A stretch of DNA of 64,000 nucleotides from Eledone cirrhosa (GCA_964016885.1 OZ024747.1:76632001-76696000); one strand, 5' to 3'; shown: positions 12,173 to 26,941, numbered from the stretch's first letter. Numbers and translations are program-made. The notes: a model not told the origin generated them from the sequence alone.

Positions 12173-12326
12173 AGTGAGTGTAACTTGGAGTTACTGTAGG
12201 TTCACCCGGGTGAGCACTCGATGTTTAGGTTCACTTCAGTGTCGAGGTGTAGAGCAAAGCAAAGTGTATTATAGTGAAATAAAATAACAAGGACGATTGG
12301 TTACTCCTTCATTACGTTTATTGGTT

Positions 12327-12413
12327 GGTGACGCGCATTTCGCCACTGATCAGCTCAAGGTTCGATCTGTATCGATCTGACCCGACTCTGTAATCCGCGG
12401 CTCGTCAGACCCC
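12327..12413 (-). ncRNA. Type I hammerhead ribozyme with long stem II in element 12171-12430
   Basis: Reverse complement: ggggt-CTGACGA-gcc...ggc-GAAAtgcgcGTC-acc, followed by AATAAA. Confidence 0.7.
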
Positions 12414-12432
12414 TTGTAATGGTAATGGAAAA

Positions 12433-12520
<88 letters not shown>

Positions 12521-13163
12521 TCTAGCGAGATATAGGAAATCTATTTTCTATAATCTCGGTTGCTCACAATCACTCAGTCAATAAGATAGTTTGAACGTCT
12601 CAGTACAGACATCGGTCCATGCAAGAACAGACTGCATTGACAGTGGCGGAATAAGTGCATCTATGCATGCTATATCTACAATGATTCGTCAGCAGATATT
12701 TATAAATGGTAGTATGTTAGGATGTTTATTGTCACAGTGATGTATTACTGAATAGGGCGGTGTAATTTATTCTTTTACGTACAGAATGGGAACATGTCAC
12801 GTCCCAATTAAAGGAGATTGATTAGGTTCGGTTCAACAAAGGATCATCAATTCTACACATGGTCATTCGAGCTGAAAGATAGGTTTGTGTGTTACAGTTT
12901 TCTTTAATTATCCCTTCTTAAAATATTAGATAAATACAGATATATTTATATACAAAGACATACACATACATTACCAAAGGTACATACACATACAAACAGA
13001 CACATACATATATATATACACACATACAAACAGACACATACATATACACATACATACAAACAGACAGATACACATACAAACAGACACATACACATATACA
13101 CAAAGGTTTCAGACGATCAAACACAAGATCACATACATCCACATGAACATACAAACAACCAAG

Positions 13164-13289
13164 CATACATACATACATACATACATACATACATACATAC
13201 ATACATACATACATACACACACACATACATACATACATACATACATACATACATACATACATACATACATACACACATACATACATACA

Positions 13290-13322
<33 letters not shown>

Positions 13323-13610
13323 GTACATACATACAGACAGACAGACAGACATACATACATACATACATACATACAGACAGACAGACAGACAGACAGACAT
13401 ACATACATACATACATACATACATACAGACAGACAGACATACATGCATACATACAGACAGACAGACATATACATGCATATATATACATACATACATATAT
13501 ATATACATACATACATATGCATACAAACATTCATACATACATATATATATACATACATATATACATACTTATATACATATATACATACATACATATATAC
13601 ATATATACAT
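13164..13610. repeat. (ATAC)n/(AGAC)n microsatellite
   Basis: Direct inspection. Confidence 0.95.
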
Positions 13611-13815
13611 AAATGAGGCTATTATATAGTTTAAATTTCGTTAATGTGCTAACAACAGCGAAAAATCAATTAGAAGGAGGTATAGAAATCTAATATACAG
13701 CAACATATTGTGGATGTATTTCATTGATATATATATAATGATTAATATGTAGCTTGACTAAACACACACACACATACACAGACAGACACAGACACACACA
13801 CATACATACACACAT

Positions 13816-13867
<52 letters not shown>

Positions 13868-13925
13868 TTAATAAATTAATATATATATATAGTGGAAAAT
13901 GAAGGAAATTCCATTGATATATATA

Positions 13926-13967
<42 letters not shown>

Positions 13968-14770
13968 TATATTTATATACATATTTGTGTGCGTGTGAGT
14001 GTGAACAGGCGTGTGTACTTGTATGTATGTGCGTGTGTGCGCGAGTGTGTGTATCTGTGAGAGCGTGTAATACAAAATTGATTGTAATTTCCAGGTGGTT
14101 TTCACAAGACAAGCGAAGTAGGCAATAAAGTCGAAAGTTCTATTTATTAAAACAAAAGCCATGGAAATATTCTTTATGAAAACGTTATAGAGAATGTTAA
14201 ATGAAACTTCCTTCTCTTTGTATTATGACTTCTATTCAGTATTTTAAATTATTAACAGAGCGTAGAGTTCAAATTCCATATAAATTCGTTATTTTTTTCT
14301 TCAGGTCTTTAATTAACTCTGTCTTCAGCATAATCAACGTTATGTTGGAGGTTTGCAATGATTTATTGAGGAGTATTGTACTTGATATCGGCGAAGAGGT
14401 TCTGTGACTAGGCAGCAAATATGCTGATTAGTTAGAATTTTTGTCAAAATATGTTGCAGTATTTGTGTCGGGCCTCTGTATTTTGAGTTCACATCTCACT
14501 AAAGACGACTGTGCCCATCACTTGAGAGTGGGGGGTCCCACGAAGAAATAACTTACGAATCAATGGTGGTGGATTGGTAGAATTAGTATAGCGTCGGACT
14601 TGATACGAGGTGGTATCTGTTCTGGAAGGCCATTACTAGAAATCCCATATGTTATTAAATAGTATGGGTTGTCGTCCCAATATGTAAAGTAAACAACTAA
14701 TTTGGGTTTTGTAAAAAATCAACGGAAACAACCTAGAAAATTTACTGATTTTCCATACACATCCACCCGA

Positions 14771-15100
14771 TCCCGCGTATTCCAACCCACTCCACCCCAC
14801 GTATTCCACACCCACCTCAGCCCCGCGTATTCCAACCCACTCCACCCCACGTATTCCGCACCCACCTCAGCCCCGCGTATTCCAACCCACTCTCCCCCAC
14901 GTATTCCACACCCACCTCAGCCCCGCGTATTCCAACCCACTCCACCCCACGTATTCCACACCCACGTCAGCCCCGCGTATTCCAACCCACTCCACCCCAC
15001 GTATTCCACACCCACCTCAGCCCCGCGTTTTCCACCCCACTTCACCCCACGTATTCCACACCCACCTCAGCCCCGCGTTTTCCACCCCACTTCACCACAC
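14771..15100. repeat. 50-bp C-rich minisatellite, about 6.5 copies
   Basis: Unit ccccgcgtattccaacccactccaccccacgtattccacacccacctcag. Confidence 0.93.
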
Positions 15101-15574
15101 CCCTTATTATTTGTGATCCGAGAATATTAGGAAATGAATTTATGGTCTGTTCGCAGTTTGAAAGCCTTTGATCTTAGGTTAGATGACAATAATATGTATC
15201 TGTAAACAAGCTATAAAATTATCTATCATTGAAATTAGCTAAATTATCTCATTATGTATCACATGAATTATCTTAAATTATATTGGAAATATGATAATGG
15301 AAATATATGACGTTCATAGATTCCCCATAAGGTTTATCACATTAGAAATGATTGGAGTCAGTTTTGAACTTGCAGGAAGTGAAATCTCGTAAAGCTTACG
15401 ACAGTTTCTAGTGCAGTGTGTTTAACCTTGGTCCAGATGTAGTATATATTTCCGCGATACCATCTTTTATCCAGATGTACTTTAGAATGCAGTGAGTTTA
15501 ATTCTTTTTTATAATTAATTAATATTGTAGTGAACTTCAATGTTATCCAGGTGTAGGTTATAAAGTAGTCAGTT

Positions 15575-15897
15575 ATGACTTGTCCACCAGATGTTGTCTA
15601 AAATACCGTAAGTTTATGTCTTGTCCACCAGATGTGGTCTATAACGCAGTGTGTTTATGTCTTGCCCACCAGATGTGGTCTATAACGCAGTGTTTGTCTT
15701 ATCCACCAGATGTAGTCTATAACGCATTGTTTGTCTTGTCCACCAGATGTGGTCTATAACGCAGTGTGTTTATGTCTTGTCCACCAGATGTGGTCTATAA
15801 TGCAGTGTTTGTCTTGTCCACCAGATGTGGTCTATAACGCAGTGTTTGTCTTGTCCGCTAGATGTAGTCTATAACGCAGTGTGCTTATGTCTATAAT
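15575..15897. repeat. ~36-41-bp minisatellite, about 8 copies
   Basis: Unit gtcttgtccaccagatgtggtctataacgcagtgt(gt)tt(at). Confidence 0.9.
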
Positions 15898-15954
15898 GCA
15901 ATGAGGATAAAAAATGAGAAAATGGAAGTGAAAAAGAAATAAAGAGGAAGAATA

Positions 15955-16103
15955 GACCCCAGTATTAAACTGGTACTTTTTTATCGACATCGAAAGGATG
16001 AAAGGCAAAGTTGACCTCGGGTAGATTTGGTCTCAGAAAGCAGATAGCGGAAATAAATACCACAAACCTTCTATCCGACGCTCTAACGACTCTATTTTCC
16101 GCC
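15955..16103 (-). mobile_element. Diverged SINE
   Basis: Core ctggtacttttttatcgacatcgaaaggatgaaaggcaaagttgacctcgg. Confidence 0.7.
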
Positions 16104-16603
16104 TTATATGTCTTAACATCATATATAGTCATTTGTAATGTAGGCACAATGTCTCTGTCTTTCTTTTTCTCTTTTGTAGTGATGTGATGAGTAAATGCCC
16201 TGCCCCCCCCCCTCCCCAGTACTTCGCTGCTAGTTAGTTTATAGACACCACTAATGGATAAAAGACAAAGTTAACATCCGTGTGATTCTAACTCTCAAGG
16301 TATAAGGCTATAAATACATATTATACTGCAGTTTACTCTATTATTCGAGCAAATACTTATATAAACACAATAGTTAATTCCCTTGGTCTCAATTTATGAG
16401 TTGCTTCCCTTGCATTAAGGTGATGTCTCTAAGTGAAATTGATATTTCAGATATGTATTTTCCCTTTGCATTCTTTATAACGAGATCGACCGAAACAAAT
16501 CGAGCGTTTGTTAGTTATTACCGCAGGGATTGAAACATATTTCGTTATACTGAAAACAGCCTTATAATGATATTTTTTATAACGGAATTGTACCTGTATA
16601 TAC

Positions 16604-16760
16604 AGGTTAAATTCCAGTAAAACGAAGTTTTCAATATAACAAATTTTTTTTCAATCCCCGGCCACACGCTCAATGTGTTAGGTCGATTTCGTTATATAGA
16701 ATTTTTCGTTACAACGAATTTTTTATACCCCGTGAATTTCGTTATAACGGAATTTTACTG
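16604..16760. mobile_element. pogo/Tigger-like MITE remnant
   Basis: Ends caggttaaattccagtaaaacgaa / ttcgttataacggaattttactg, with internal ttcgttat(a) repeats in a TA context. Confidence 0.45.
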
Positions 16761-17148
16761 CATATATATATATATTTATATATATATATATATATATATG
16801 GGTAGATTCTCTGAACATAGTGTATTAAAGTGTATATTATCGTTTATATAATAACAAGAGGTGAACCCAGCGCAGTGCATTATGGGACAATACTAATGGG
16901 TTTTGCATGTCTTCAGTTCACTCCGTTGATCACAATATATTTAATACTCTACATCAACATTCAAAGACCATAATATTTTATTAGGCGGAACATGAGAAGG
17001 TTATAAGTATCAACACCGAAAAGCAGGCAATGAAAGAGTAATTTCCCTTGATAATGATTTAGAAACCTCACAGGGAGACAATAATTTCTAGATAGATGCA
17101 AGTTTAATGAAATGTTTGACCTTTCGTTTCGGTTTGGCACATCACGAA

Positions 17149-17186
<38 letters not shown>

Positions 17187-17376
17187 GAACGAGTAGGACC
17201 CCGACGGCTGAGCTCAAGTCGTTTCGACGGCTAATTCTGGACGCAGAATTAGCCGTCGAAACGGCTTGAGCTCAGCCGTCGGGGTCCTACTCGTTCCTAT
17301 TACCCACTCTACTACCCTAAGTATTGAGTACTTTGGTGCGTTATGGTCCACTTGGTTCCTTACCACATTTCCTTCG

Positions 17377-17418
<42 letters not shown>

Positions 17419-17557
17419 TAAATATATATACATATCGTCAGTCAATCATAAACATTGAGTGCCAAATAAATTAACTCTGGAGATATAAAAGATATAGACG
17501 CGAAAACCAACCCAAACGAAACAGTAAGTGTGTTCTGTTATTATTTCTGGCAATATT

Positions 17558-18189
<632 letters not shown>

Positions 18190-18191
18190 TA

Positions 18192-18306
18192 TCTCTGATG
18201 ATATGGGATCGATTGTGCATTGGATATCGAATGCTCTACTAAATATATAATATTATAGATGTAGCGAGATCTAGGCAAATGGATGTCTATTGAAACGTAC
18301 GTAAGA
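18192..18306 (+). ncRNA. Degenerate type I hammerhead ribozyme
   Basis: tct-CTGATGA-long stem II-GAAAC(gtac)GTA-aga, then AATAAA. The element runs to (TA)n at about 18500. Confidence 0.6.
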
Positions 18307-18511
18307 ACCGAATAAATCTCTTTTACTGCATCTTTCTGTTCTTTTTAATTCTTTATACACGCCCCGGAATATAGCCAAACTGGATTATACACCTTTTTTC
18401 TGCATTTCGTTGAGCACCACTCTGTTGTAAGCTGACATTCCACTACACGGTACATAACACTGTGTCCTGGAAAACATTAATGCACTCGTGCATAACCAAT
18501 TATATATATAT

Positions 18512-18562
<51 letters not shown>

Positions 18563-18865
18563 AAGGAAAGCACAAACAATGGACAGTCCCCTCTTCAGTT
18601 GTCTCCTCGAGGTCACCGACATTTCAACGCATTAAACACAATAAAGCTAACTCCAGTGCGTCAATAACTTTTGAAAGGAAGAAAAAGGAGAGAAAAAAAT
18701 ACTTTATGAAAGAGTACAACTGTGACAAATAAAGAGAAAAACTTTTGCATGTTTTTTTACAATTGTTATCTCCCTTACATGTATCTTTCCTGACTCCTCA
18801 AATGTCTTTCACTAAGGGATGCAACCATTGTTGGCTTCATTTCCTATATGTCTTCCATGTAGTCC

Positions 18866-18866
18866 A

Positions 18867-18916
<50 letters not shown>

Positions 18917-18922
18917 TTGTTG

Positions 18923-18955
<33 letters not shown>

Positions 18956-18971
18956 AAACTACTACTAATAT

Positions 18972-19004
<33 letters not shown>

Positions 19005-19029
19005 CACAACTAATACTACTACTACTAAA

Positions 19030-19069
<40 letters not shown>

Positions 19070-19071
19070 AA

Positions 19072-19128
<57 letters not shown>
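18866..19128. repeat. (ACT)n/(GCT)n microsatellite
   Basis: Direct inspection. Confidence 0.95.
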
Positions 19129-19130
<2 letters not shown>

Positions 19131-19555
19131 GCAATAGCAATAGTAGTAGTAGTAAAATTATGCTAGAATCAGTGTACTGGTCTGTTTTATAAGTAACAAT
19201 TTATTTTCTGTTAAATACAAAACATATTGCTATCCTGTTGCTATATATTGTCTCTTCCAACCTCCCTCTATATGTGTACATACACACAGATACACACATA
19301 TACACATACAGATATATACATACATACATAAATATGTGTGTGTATACATTCATACATATATATATATCCAGAAATAGCCGTCGAAACGGCTTGAGCTCTG
19401 CCGTTGGGGTCTTGAACATTTTCCTATTACCCACTCAAAGTATTCAGTACTCTGGTGCGTTATGGTCCACCTGGTTCCTTACCAAACTTCTTTCGTTATA
19501 TATATATATATTTTTCGGACCCATGGTTTTTTACATATTCCTTTGATATATTCCA

Positions 19556-19613
19556 ATACCTGATGATATCACCGGATTCATATGGAACCCGGTCATTGAA
19601 ATGATCATAGTAT
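19556..19613 (+). ncRNA. Type I hammerhead ribozyme in (TA)n-flanked element 19512-19812
   Basis: atac-CTGATGA-..accgg..ccggt..-GAAA-tgatca-TA-gtat-AATAAA. Stem III is palindromic; the base of stem II is mismatched. Confidence 0.72.
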
Positions 19614-19810
19614 AATAAACCTTTCAAGGATTTACGCCAGTCCAGCCTCCTGTTAGTTTATTTTATTTATAATTAACTCCGTATTCGCACCACCAACTAC
19701 ACAAACGAAGATGGGTGAACTGCACTAGGTTGAGTACTCTCCATATTATTACACCAAGATTGACCATACGGAATGACCAGTTCTATCCAGTGGTGAACCA
19801 ACAAACCTAA

Positions 19811-19862
<52 letters not shown>

Positions 19863-19928
19863 TATATATACATGTATATATATATATATATATGTATGTA
19901 TATATATATATATATACATGTATATATA

Positions 19929-19965
<37 letters not shown>

Positions 19966-20434
19966 TATATAGATGATATATATATGTGTGTTGTGTGTGT
20001 GTGTGTGTGTGTGTGTGAGTGTGTATGTGTGTCTGTGTGTGTGTGTGTGTGTGTGTGAGTATGTGTGTGTGTGTGTGTGTGAATGTGTGTGTGTGTCTGT
20101 GTGTGTGTGTGTGTGTGTGTCTGTGTGTCTGTGTGTGTGTGTGTGAGTGTGTATGTGTGTATGTGTGTGTGTGTATGTGTGTATGTGTGTGTGTCTATGT
20201 GTGTGTGTCTGTGTGTCTGTCTGAAAAATCCAATATTTAATAGGCGTTGAGTGAATTATAAACGTCAGAATCACATAATTGTGAAGGAATTATTCGGAAA
20301 GTGTTTCTTGATTGATGACCAATGATACTATAAAAATAGTGTAGCTAAATATAAGGTGATCGTTGAAAGGTTAGTGCTGTCATCAATTAAGATATCAGAC
20401 GGAGCCGAGCTCCTCCGTGAAATCGGAACGTCAC

Positions 20435-20574
20435 CAGCCCCTCTGATGAAGGAGCACTGCGAGGTGTAGTAGCTGTGGCAGAGAGTGTCACTGGCCATTT
20501 TCCACTGGAATGCCTTTGTAATTTTGTCCGCGAGGCGTTGCCGAAACCCCACCCCGACCTAGGTGTAGAATCTG
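20435..20574 (+). ncRNA. Degenerate hammerhead with an ~90-nt stem II in a dispersed repeat
   Basis: CTGATGA at 20443, GAAAC at 20543, ggtGTA at about 20562-20567. A homologous copy lies on the minus strand at 23635-23774. Confidence 0.5.
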
Positions 20575-21237
20575 TCAACTTCTCCTCCTTCCCTCTTTCT
20601 TTCTTCCGTTGCCTAATAGTCCTTGCTTTTTCCCGTCAATTCTTGCTGTTTCTCTCCTTTTCCTCTCATTGATGGCATTTATAGTCTTTTCCTTTACTTT
20701 CCTATACAGCCAGATCTGCCCTTCTTTACCCCTTCCTCAAGATCTTCATTACTTAATTTCGTTTCTATCCTTTTTTAATATTTCCCTCATTCTATAAACA
20801 CAAGATTATTTTGAAAAAAAAAATGAATGAAAGAATACTGTAAGAATGTTCTTGTCACAATTTCTGTAAAATATAATCACATTTGTTATACCCAATAAAT
20901 GCAGGTATCGGTTGTACGTATTAGCGAATTGAGAATATTTGTTGACAATGTTGACCATTAAGGCCCTGTGTACCGGATCCATTAGATAATGATGATTGAA
21001 GTATTTTGAGGAGTGAATCTATGTTAATTAGTTGAACAACATTCGTTTAATATCAACACAACTCTATAAACGTCGCAGTTGTGATGAAGTGTTAATTTGT
21101 ATTATGGAAAAGTAGCCTGGTATTTGTAATGAAGATTTGGCTAGGATTTTATAATGCGTGTGTGTGAGTGTGTCTATGCTATGCTTATACACATACGCAC
21201 ACACGCACACACGCACACACGCACACACACACACACA

Positions 21238-21452
21238 CAGGTTGGATTGGCTGTATCGGTAGAACATCGGACATGTTTTGCATCATATAGTTACGTCCCT
21301 TTATGTTCTGAGTTCAACTCCCACCGAGGTTACCTGTGTCATTCGTCCTTACGATATTGAGAAAATAAAATACCAGTAACGCACTAGGGTCATTTTTATC
21401 GACATTCCCCTCCTCCAAATCGTTGGACTTGTGCCTAAATCAGAAACCATTA
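21238..21452 (+). mobile_element. tRNA-derived SINE, diverged
   Basis: A-box-like tggctgtatcgg, B-box gagttcaactccc, core, and tail cttgtgcctaaatcagaaaccattatt. Confidence 0.75.
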
Positions 21453-23634
21453 TTTGCTACATGTTCTCGCTACTCTTAATACAGCGGTGACTTGCAATGT
21501 TTCAGAGCATCGTATTAAATGCCTTAGTATTTGTTCTAGTGCACTGTGGTCTGAGTTCAAATCCCATCGAGGGCGACTTTAACATACTTTTGGGGTCGAT
21601 GAATATAGTAACAGTCTAGGGAATTGTTTAAAAAATCGGATGGAATATGCAAAATCCTGCCTCCTTCTGACAAGAATTACGACCAGCAGAAATTATCAGC
21701 AATAAAAATAACAATGGAAACATTGTTTCCTTGGTCCGATCTTTCAATCTGCTTCTTTCTTTTTTCCCTTTTTTAAATGCAGCTACTCCACATTGCTTTG
21801 TGTTGTATTAAACCTTTATATATGATCAGCCGCAGAATAATATATTGTAATTTGTTTAAGGTTTATGATTAAAAATAAAACTAGGCATCAATTTCAGAAC
21901 AAAAGAATCAAAAATTGCGTCAATAATATAAGTTTGTTTACGAATTTCAAATTGGAGATGGTCATAGAAGTAGAGCAAAAAAGTGTAGAGAGATAATACT
22001 TATGTAAATGTCCAGGCAATATTTGTGATCGCTTGTATTTCGTAGTTATTTTAGGTTGCGTGCGTAGAATTAATGATGTACACTGTTCCTGCTAGATAAT
22101 TCTAGTGCAAACACACACCACCTGGTAGTGCAATTGTTAATAATCATTTTGAAGACAATCTAATTAACTACAGGTATTCATTTCCATGGCATCCCAAAGT
22201 GATTAAAAACACCCTATTTTCCGCGCTCCCTTCCTCGGGCATAACGAAGAAAGACGATATTTCAAGGGAAATTAAAATCTTATTGATTTATTGCAATTTG
22301 TGATTTCGTTTATTCTCTGCAATAAACATGTTACCGCAGGCAGATGTTCTATCATCGTATTCTGTCCATTTAGAAATCTGCCCCAAATAGCAAAATAATA
22401 ATAATATAAAAAAAAGTAAGAAGATATCCCAGTACATTCTATTGATGGAAATAGATTTTTCAAAAATATCTTATTTCCTTTTGACTCGCTGCCATATCAC
22501 ATACTTCAATTTTATTGAATGTCAAAATGAATTATTTTCTTTATTCTTTGTTCATACTGTGTTAGCAGAAACAGCGATACAAAGTTCAGCTCGGCTAACA
22601 GTTAACTAGTTTTTCATCTCTGATTTTCAGGAATTATATTAACGTTCTTACTTTCTTTCTTTATTCATTTATTTATCTATTTTGTTTGTTTGGTTGGTTG
22701 GTTGGTTGGTTGGCTGGTTGGTTGGTTGGCTGGTTGGTTGGATAGATGGTTAGTTAGTTGAATCAGAGAAATATTTTCCTGGAAGAAATAGAAGGGGGAA
22801 AAACGCTAGGGAAATGATAGCAGAATTAGCATCAGTTCAGCATTGATTAAATCTCTTTTCTATAGTGATAGGACACAGACTTTAACATAACGTGTTGATG
22901 TTAGCTGTACTAGAGAAATGAAGACAACTATTGATCACATACAACTTTGATAATCAGCAATTCCCTTGAGGAATCCGTCACATTCTCACTCTCCGTTTTC
23001 CTCAATTACCATTTGTAAGAAATAGCAATACGATGAGAGATAAAGATTCCATGCCAAAGCTTCTTCTGTTAACTGTAATACAAGGCAATGTCATTTGCAC
23101 CATTCTTCATTGATATCTCTGTAGACATTAGATATAGCTGTACTTGGAAGTAATAATAGCAGGTCTTCGTACACCGTTGAAACAAATAATACCGGGCAGA
23201 ATAATCACAGTGTATTGGGAATATCTTTGAATGCTCTTACTTCTAAGTCGGAATATTATTACATTATCCAAGCAAAGAATGAATGAGTTAACGAAGAATA
23301 ATTTGACAGCATATGTTTGTGTTCCACACGTTCGTGATCATTATGTTGTTGTTTGGGATTTTTCATCTATAGTCTATATGAGAGCTGGAGAAATTGAGTA
23401 ATGTCCGTTGTCTTTTCAGGAATGTTTTACATTGGAAATACAAAAATAACTGTTTATAGGTTTCTCTCACACACACATGTGAGATAAATATCTCACTTTT
23501 TACTAAGGTTAAACATACAGAAAAAGAATGCAGTATTGGAAAGGACTATAAATGTCATCAATGAAAGGGAAAGGAGGGAAAGAGAAAGGACTACTAGTCA
23601 AAGGAAGAAAGGAAGGCGAGAAGGGAGAGGGTGA

Positions 23635-23774
23635 CAGACTCTACACCTAGGTCAGAGCGGTGTTTCAGCTGTGCCTCACGGACAAAATGGCAAAGACATT
23701 TCAGTGGACAATGGCCAGCGACACACGTTGAAACAGCCACCCAACCTCACGAGGCTCCTTCCTCAGGCAGGCTG
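23635..23774 (-). ncRNA. Degenerate hammerhead, same family as 20435
   Basis: Reverse complement: cagcctgc-CTGAGGA-...-GAAACACC(gctctgaccta)GGTGTA-gagtctg, with a perfect 5-bp stem III. Confidence 0.55.
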
Positions 23775-24416
23775 TTATTAGTATCAAAAAAAGAAAAATA
23801 ATTCCATCACTATTACCACCACCACAACAACAGCACCCTACGACACAGGAAAAACAACAGCCAAGGATTCTCTATGTGGTCGCACGACTTGCTAAAAATA
23901 GCAACAAAATGTCCTTCATATCCAACTTTTCCGTTTGGATGTGTTGGTCCTCTATCCACTTCATACAATATATATAGTATGAGCACAGCTAGAATACCTT
24001 TGACTATGGCGATAGGTTATTTTACTTGGTAATCTCTGTTCCGTGTTCTAATACATATCCCTGCACCCATGGTCGGTTTCAATTGCATAATATTTCGGGG
24101 TGGGGGTAGTTATAAGAAGTTTTCAGCCCTTCTGTATTTCTAGGGAAAGGGACACTTAGTGTGATCCCACACGAAGCTTCTCACAGTGCAACGTAGCTGA
24201 TTCTGAGAGAAAGACAGAGGAGTTGAATGTGTGTGAGAGAGAGAAAGGGAGATAGAGAGGGAGAGAGGGAGAGGGGGAGAGAGAGAAAGTGCGAGAGAGA
24301 GAAAGAGAGAAAGGGAACAAAGTGAGAATACGAAAGAATGAATAAGAAAGCGTGGTAAATCGAGAGAGCGGGAAAGAAAGAGGGGAGGGAGGGGAAGAAA
24401 GAGAGAGAGTGAGAGA

Positions 24417-24492
<76 letters not shown>

Positions 24493-24555
24493 AACACCAT
24501 ACTTCAATGGTACTTTATTTATCGATATCGTAAAGCTGAAAGAAAGCTGAAGTTG

Positions 24556-25295
24556 ACCTGGGAGTATTTAACCTCGGAGTATTTGATCTGGGAGTATTTG
24601 ATCTGGGAGTATTTGACATGGGAGTATTTGACCTGGGAGTATTTGACATGGGAGTATTTAACCTGGGAGTATTTAACCTGGGAGTATTTGATCTGGGAGT
24701 ATTTGATCTGGGAGTATTTAACCTGGAAGTATTTGACATGGGAGTATTTGATCTGGGAGTATTTAACCTGGGTGTATTTAACCTGGGAGTATTTGATCTG
24801 GGAGTATTTGATCTGGGAGTATTTGACATGGGAGTATTTGTCCTGGGAGTATTTGACATGGGAGTATTAGTCCTGGGAGTATTTGATCTGGGAGTATTTG
24901 ATCTGGGAGTATTTGTCCTGGGAGTATTTGACATGGGAGTATTTGTCCTGGGAGTATTTGATCTGGGAGTATTTGATCTGGGAGTATTTAACCTGGGAGT
25001 ATTTGATCTGGGAGTATTTAACCTGGGAGTATTTGTCCTGGGAGTATTTGATCTGGGAGTATTTGATCTGGGAGTATTTAACCTGGGAGTATTTAACCTG
25101 GGAGTATTTGTCCTGGGAGTATTTGATCTGGGAGTATTTGATCTGGGAGTATTTAACCTGGAAGTATTTAACCTGGGAGTATTTGTCCTGGGAGTATTTG
25201 ATCTGGGAGTATTTGATCTGGGAGTATTTGATCTGGCAGTATTTAACCTGGGAGTATTTAACCTGGGAGTATTTGTCCTGGGAGTATTTGTCCTG
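24556..25295. repeat. 15-bp minisatellite, about 49 copies
   Basis: Unit tgggagtattt followed by gatc, aacc, gtcc or gaca. Confidence 0.95.
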
Positions 25296-25800
25296 TCTTC
25301 CTGTGCTGAGACCAGAGGGGGACGGGACAAAAACTCCAGGCTTTCTTGCCAACCTTCTAGCACATCTGATAACTTAACACCTGTGATCAGGTCTCCGGTG
25401 GTAAATATCTACTAATTGACATGAAAAGATATCTAAAGATAAGTGTTTATCTGTTTATTAGGAACACCTTTAATCACTTTGATCAAAGTGGAAGGCTGAC
25501 CTAGGGCTAAACAGTATTAACACCAACAACGTTATTTTATATGACACACAGGTGTTGGATATATAAAATAGCAATAAAATGCATAAATCTGTGTGGCTGG
25601 AGGGACTGGGTGCGTTTATTTGTACGTTCTGGGGAAATCCATTTTAAGTTCCATGTCGTATTAACAATATTTTTTCTATGAAGAAAATTGTTGTCTTTAA
25701 AACGGGTCTCCCTACGAAGGGCAGAAGCCCGATACGTTGAACTCTCTTTGAACATTGAACATACGTTGAATATACACTAAATGAACTGCAAATGCGTAAG

Positions 25801-25992
25801 TACGAATGTCGGCTGAAAATTTCAAAGAATGAAATGTTAATAGTCTGACCAAGATACTCTCATGAAATGACCAAATGTGGAAAGAAACAATGCAGTTTTA
25901 TTAATAAGAGTTAAAGGTAATACATGCAAGATTTCACAGCTCTGGCATCATTCCTTCATAGTAAGCCAATGAATAATTTAGCCGACCGTCAT
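25801..25992. mobile_element. Mariner-like MITE; second copy at 1103-1304
   Basis: Degenerate terminal inverted repeats (TIRs) tacgaatgtcggctgaaaatttca / tgaataatttagccgaccgtcata. Internal sequence (aagatactctcatg..gaccaaatg..ggaaagaaacaatgcagtt) is shared with the 1.1-kb copy. Confidence 0.62.
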
Positions 25993-26192
25993 AAACAAAA
26001 CACTGAACAATAAATTAACCAAACAGACCGTACACTAACACATAAATGACCACTTAATCTTGGCATAGCTTTGTTGCATGGAAATACAATTCCATCTTGT
26101 ATCGTCCTATTTAGTTCTCACTAAGTGGAAATCTATACCAACATTAGCAGTAGAGTAGTATACTTCGTTTTTTTGTTTTGTATTTTGTGGGG

Positions 26193-26269
<77 letters not shown>

Positions 26270-26366
26270 GTGTGTGTGTATAAAAGGTAAACAGAAATAA
26301 CAACACAATCGGTACAGTATATGAAAGGAATGTATTAGGTTAACGCTTGAAATAGCAGGAAGAAGG

Positions 26367-26402
26367 TCTTAACGTTTCGGACGCTTCTCTTTCATCAGAA
26401 GA
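26367..26402 (-). ncRNA. Minimal Penelope-type hammerhead
   Basis: Reverse complement: tctt-CTGATGA-aagagaagcgtcc-GAAAC-GTT-aaga. Stem II is decayed. Confidence 0.55.
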
Positions 26403-26687
26403 AAGGATGAAAAATTAGATAGATTGAAGGGACGGGCGGGTTGGAATTGGAAAAAATGTCTTTAGATATATATATACATATATATAATAAATGGAAACTA
26501 TATTTATAAAACCATATTTATTTTATTATATATATTTCAAGGGCAACCAAAGCAAATTATGGTGCGCTTTCATCACATAAAATACAGATTTGTTTTATAA
26601 ACCCGGAAAAAAAACATCCAGGAAGCTCAAACCGTTAAGGTTGTCTTTTTTCCGGGTATGTCAATATTTATTTATAAAACAAATCTG

Positions 26688-26753
26688 TATTTTATCTGAT
26701 GAAAGCTCACCATATTTTGCTTTGGTTGCCCTTGAAATATATATAATAAAATA
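26688..26753 (+). ncRNA. Type I hammerhead in fold-back element 26485-26888
   Basis: tattttat-CTGATGA-aag..ctt-GAAA-tatata-TA-ataaaata. An inverted copy at about 26518-26585 has the core mutated to GTGATGA. Confidence 0.78.
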
Positions 26754-26883
26754 AATACGGTTTTATAAATATAGTTTCCATTTATTAATATATTGTGTAT
26801 TTACTCCACTAACTTGTTGAGTGCTTTATATCAGTTATAAAGATGTTTAAGCTCGTTGAATCCCAACAAATTAAATATAACCT

Positions 26884-26941
<58 letters not shown>

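Noticed and set aside
18580-18630. Possible type II hammerhead on the minus strand (GAAAtGTC...CTGAAGA)
   Set aside because: Stems I and II do not pair convincingly.
24352-25415. Pentapeptide-repeat ORFs (GVFDL, WEYLT, NTPRS)
   Set aside because: They are a by-product of a 15-bp minisatellite open in several frames on both strands.
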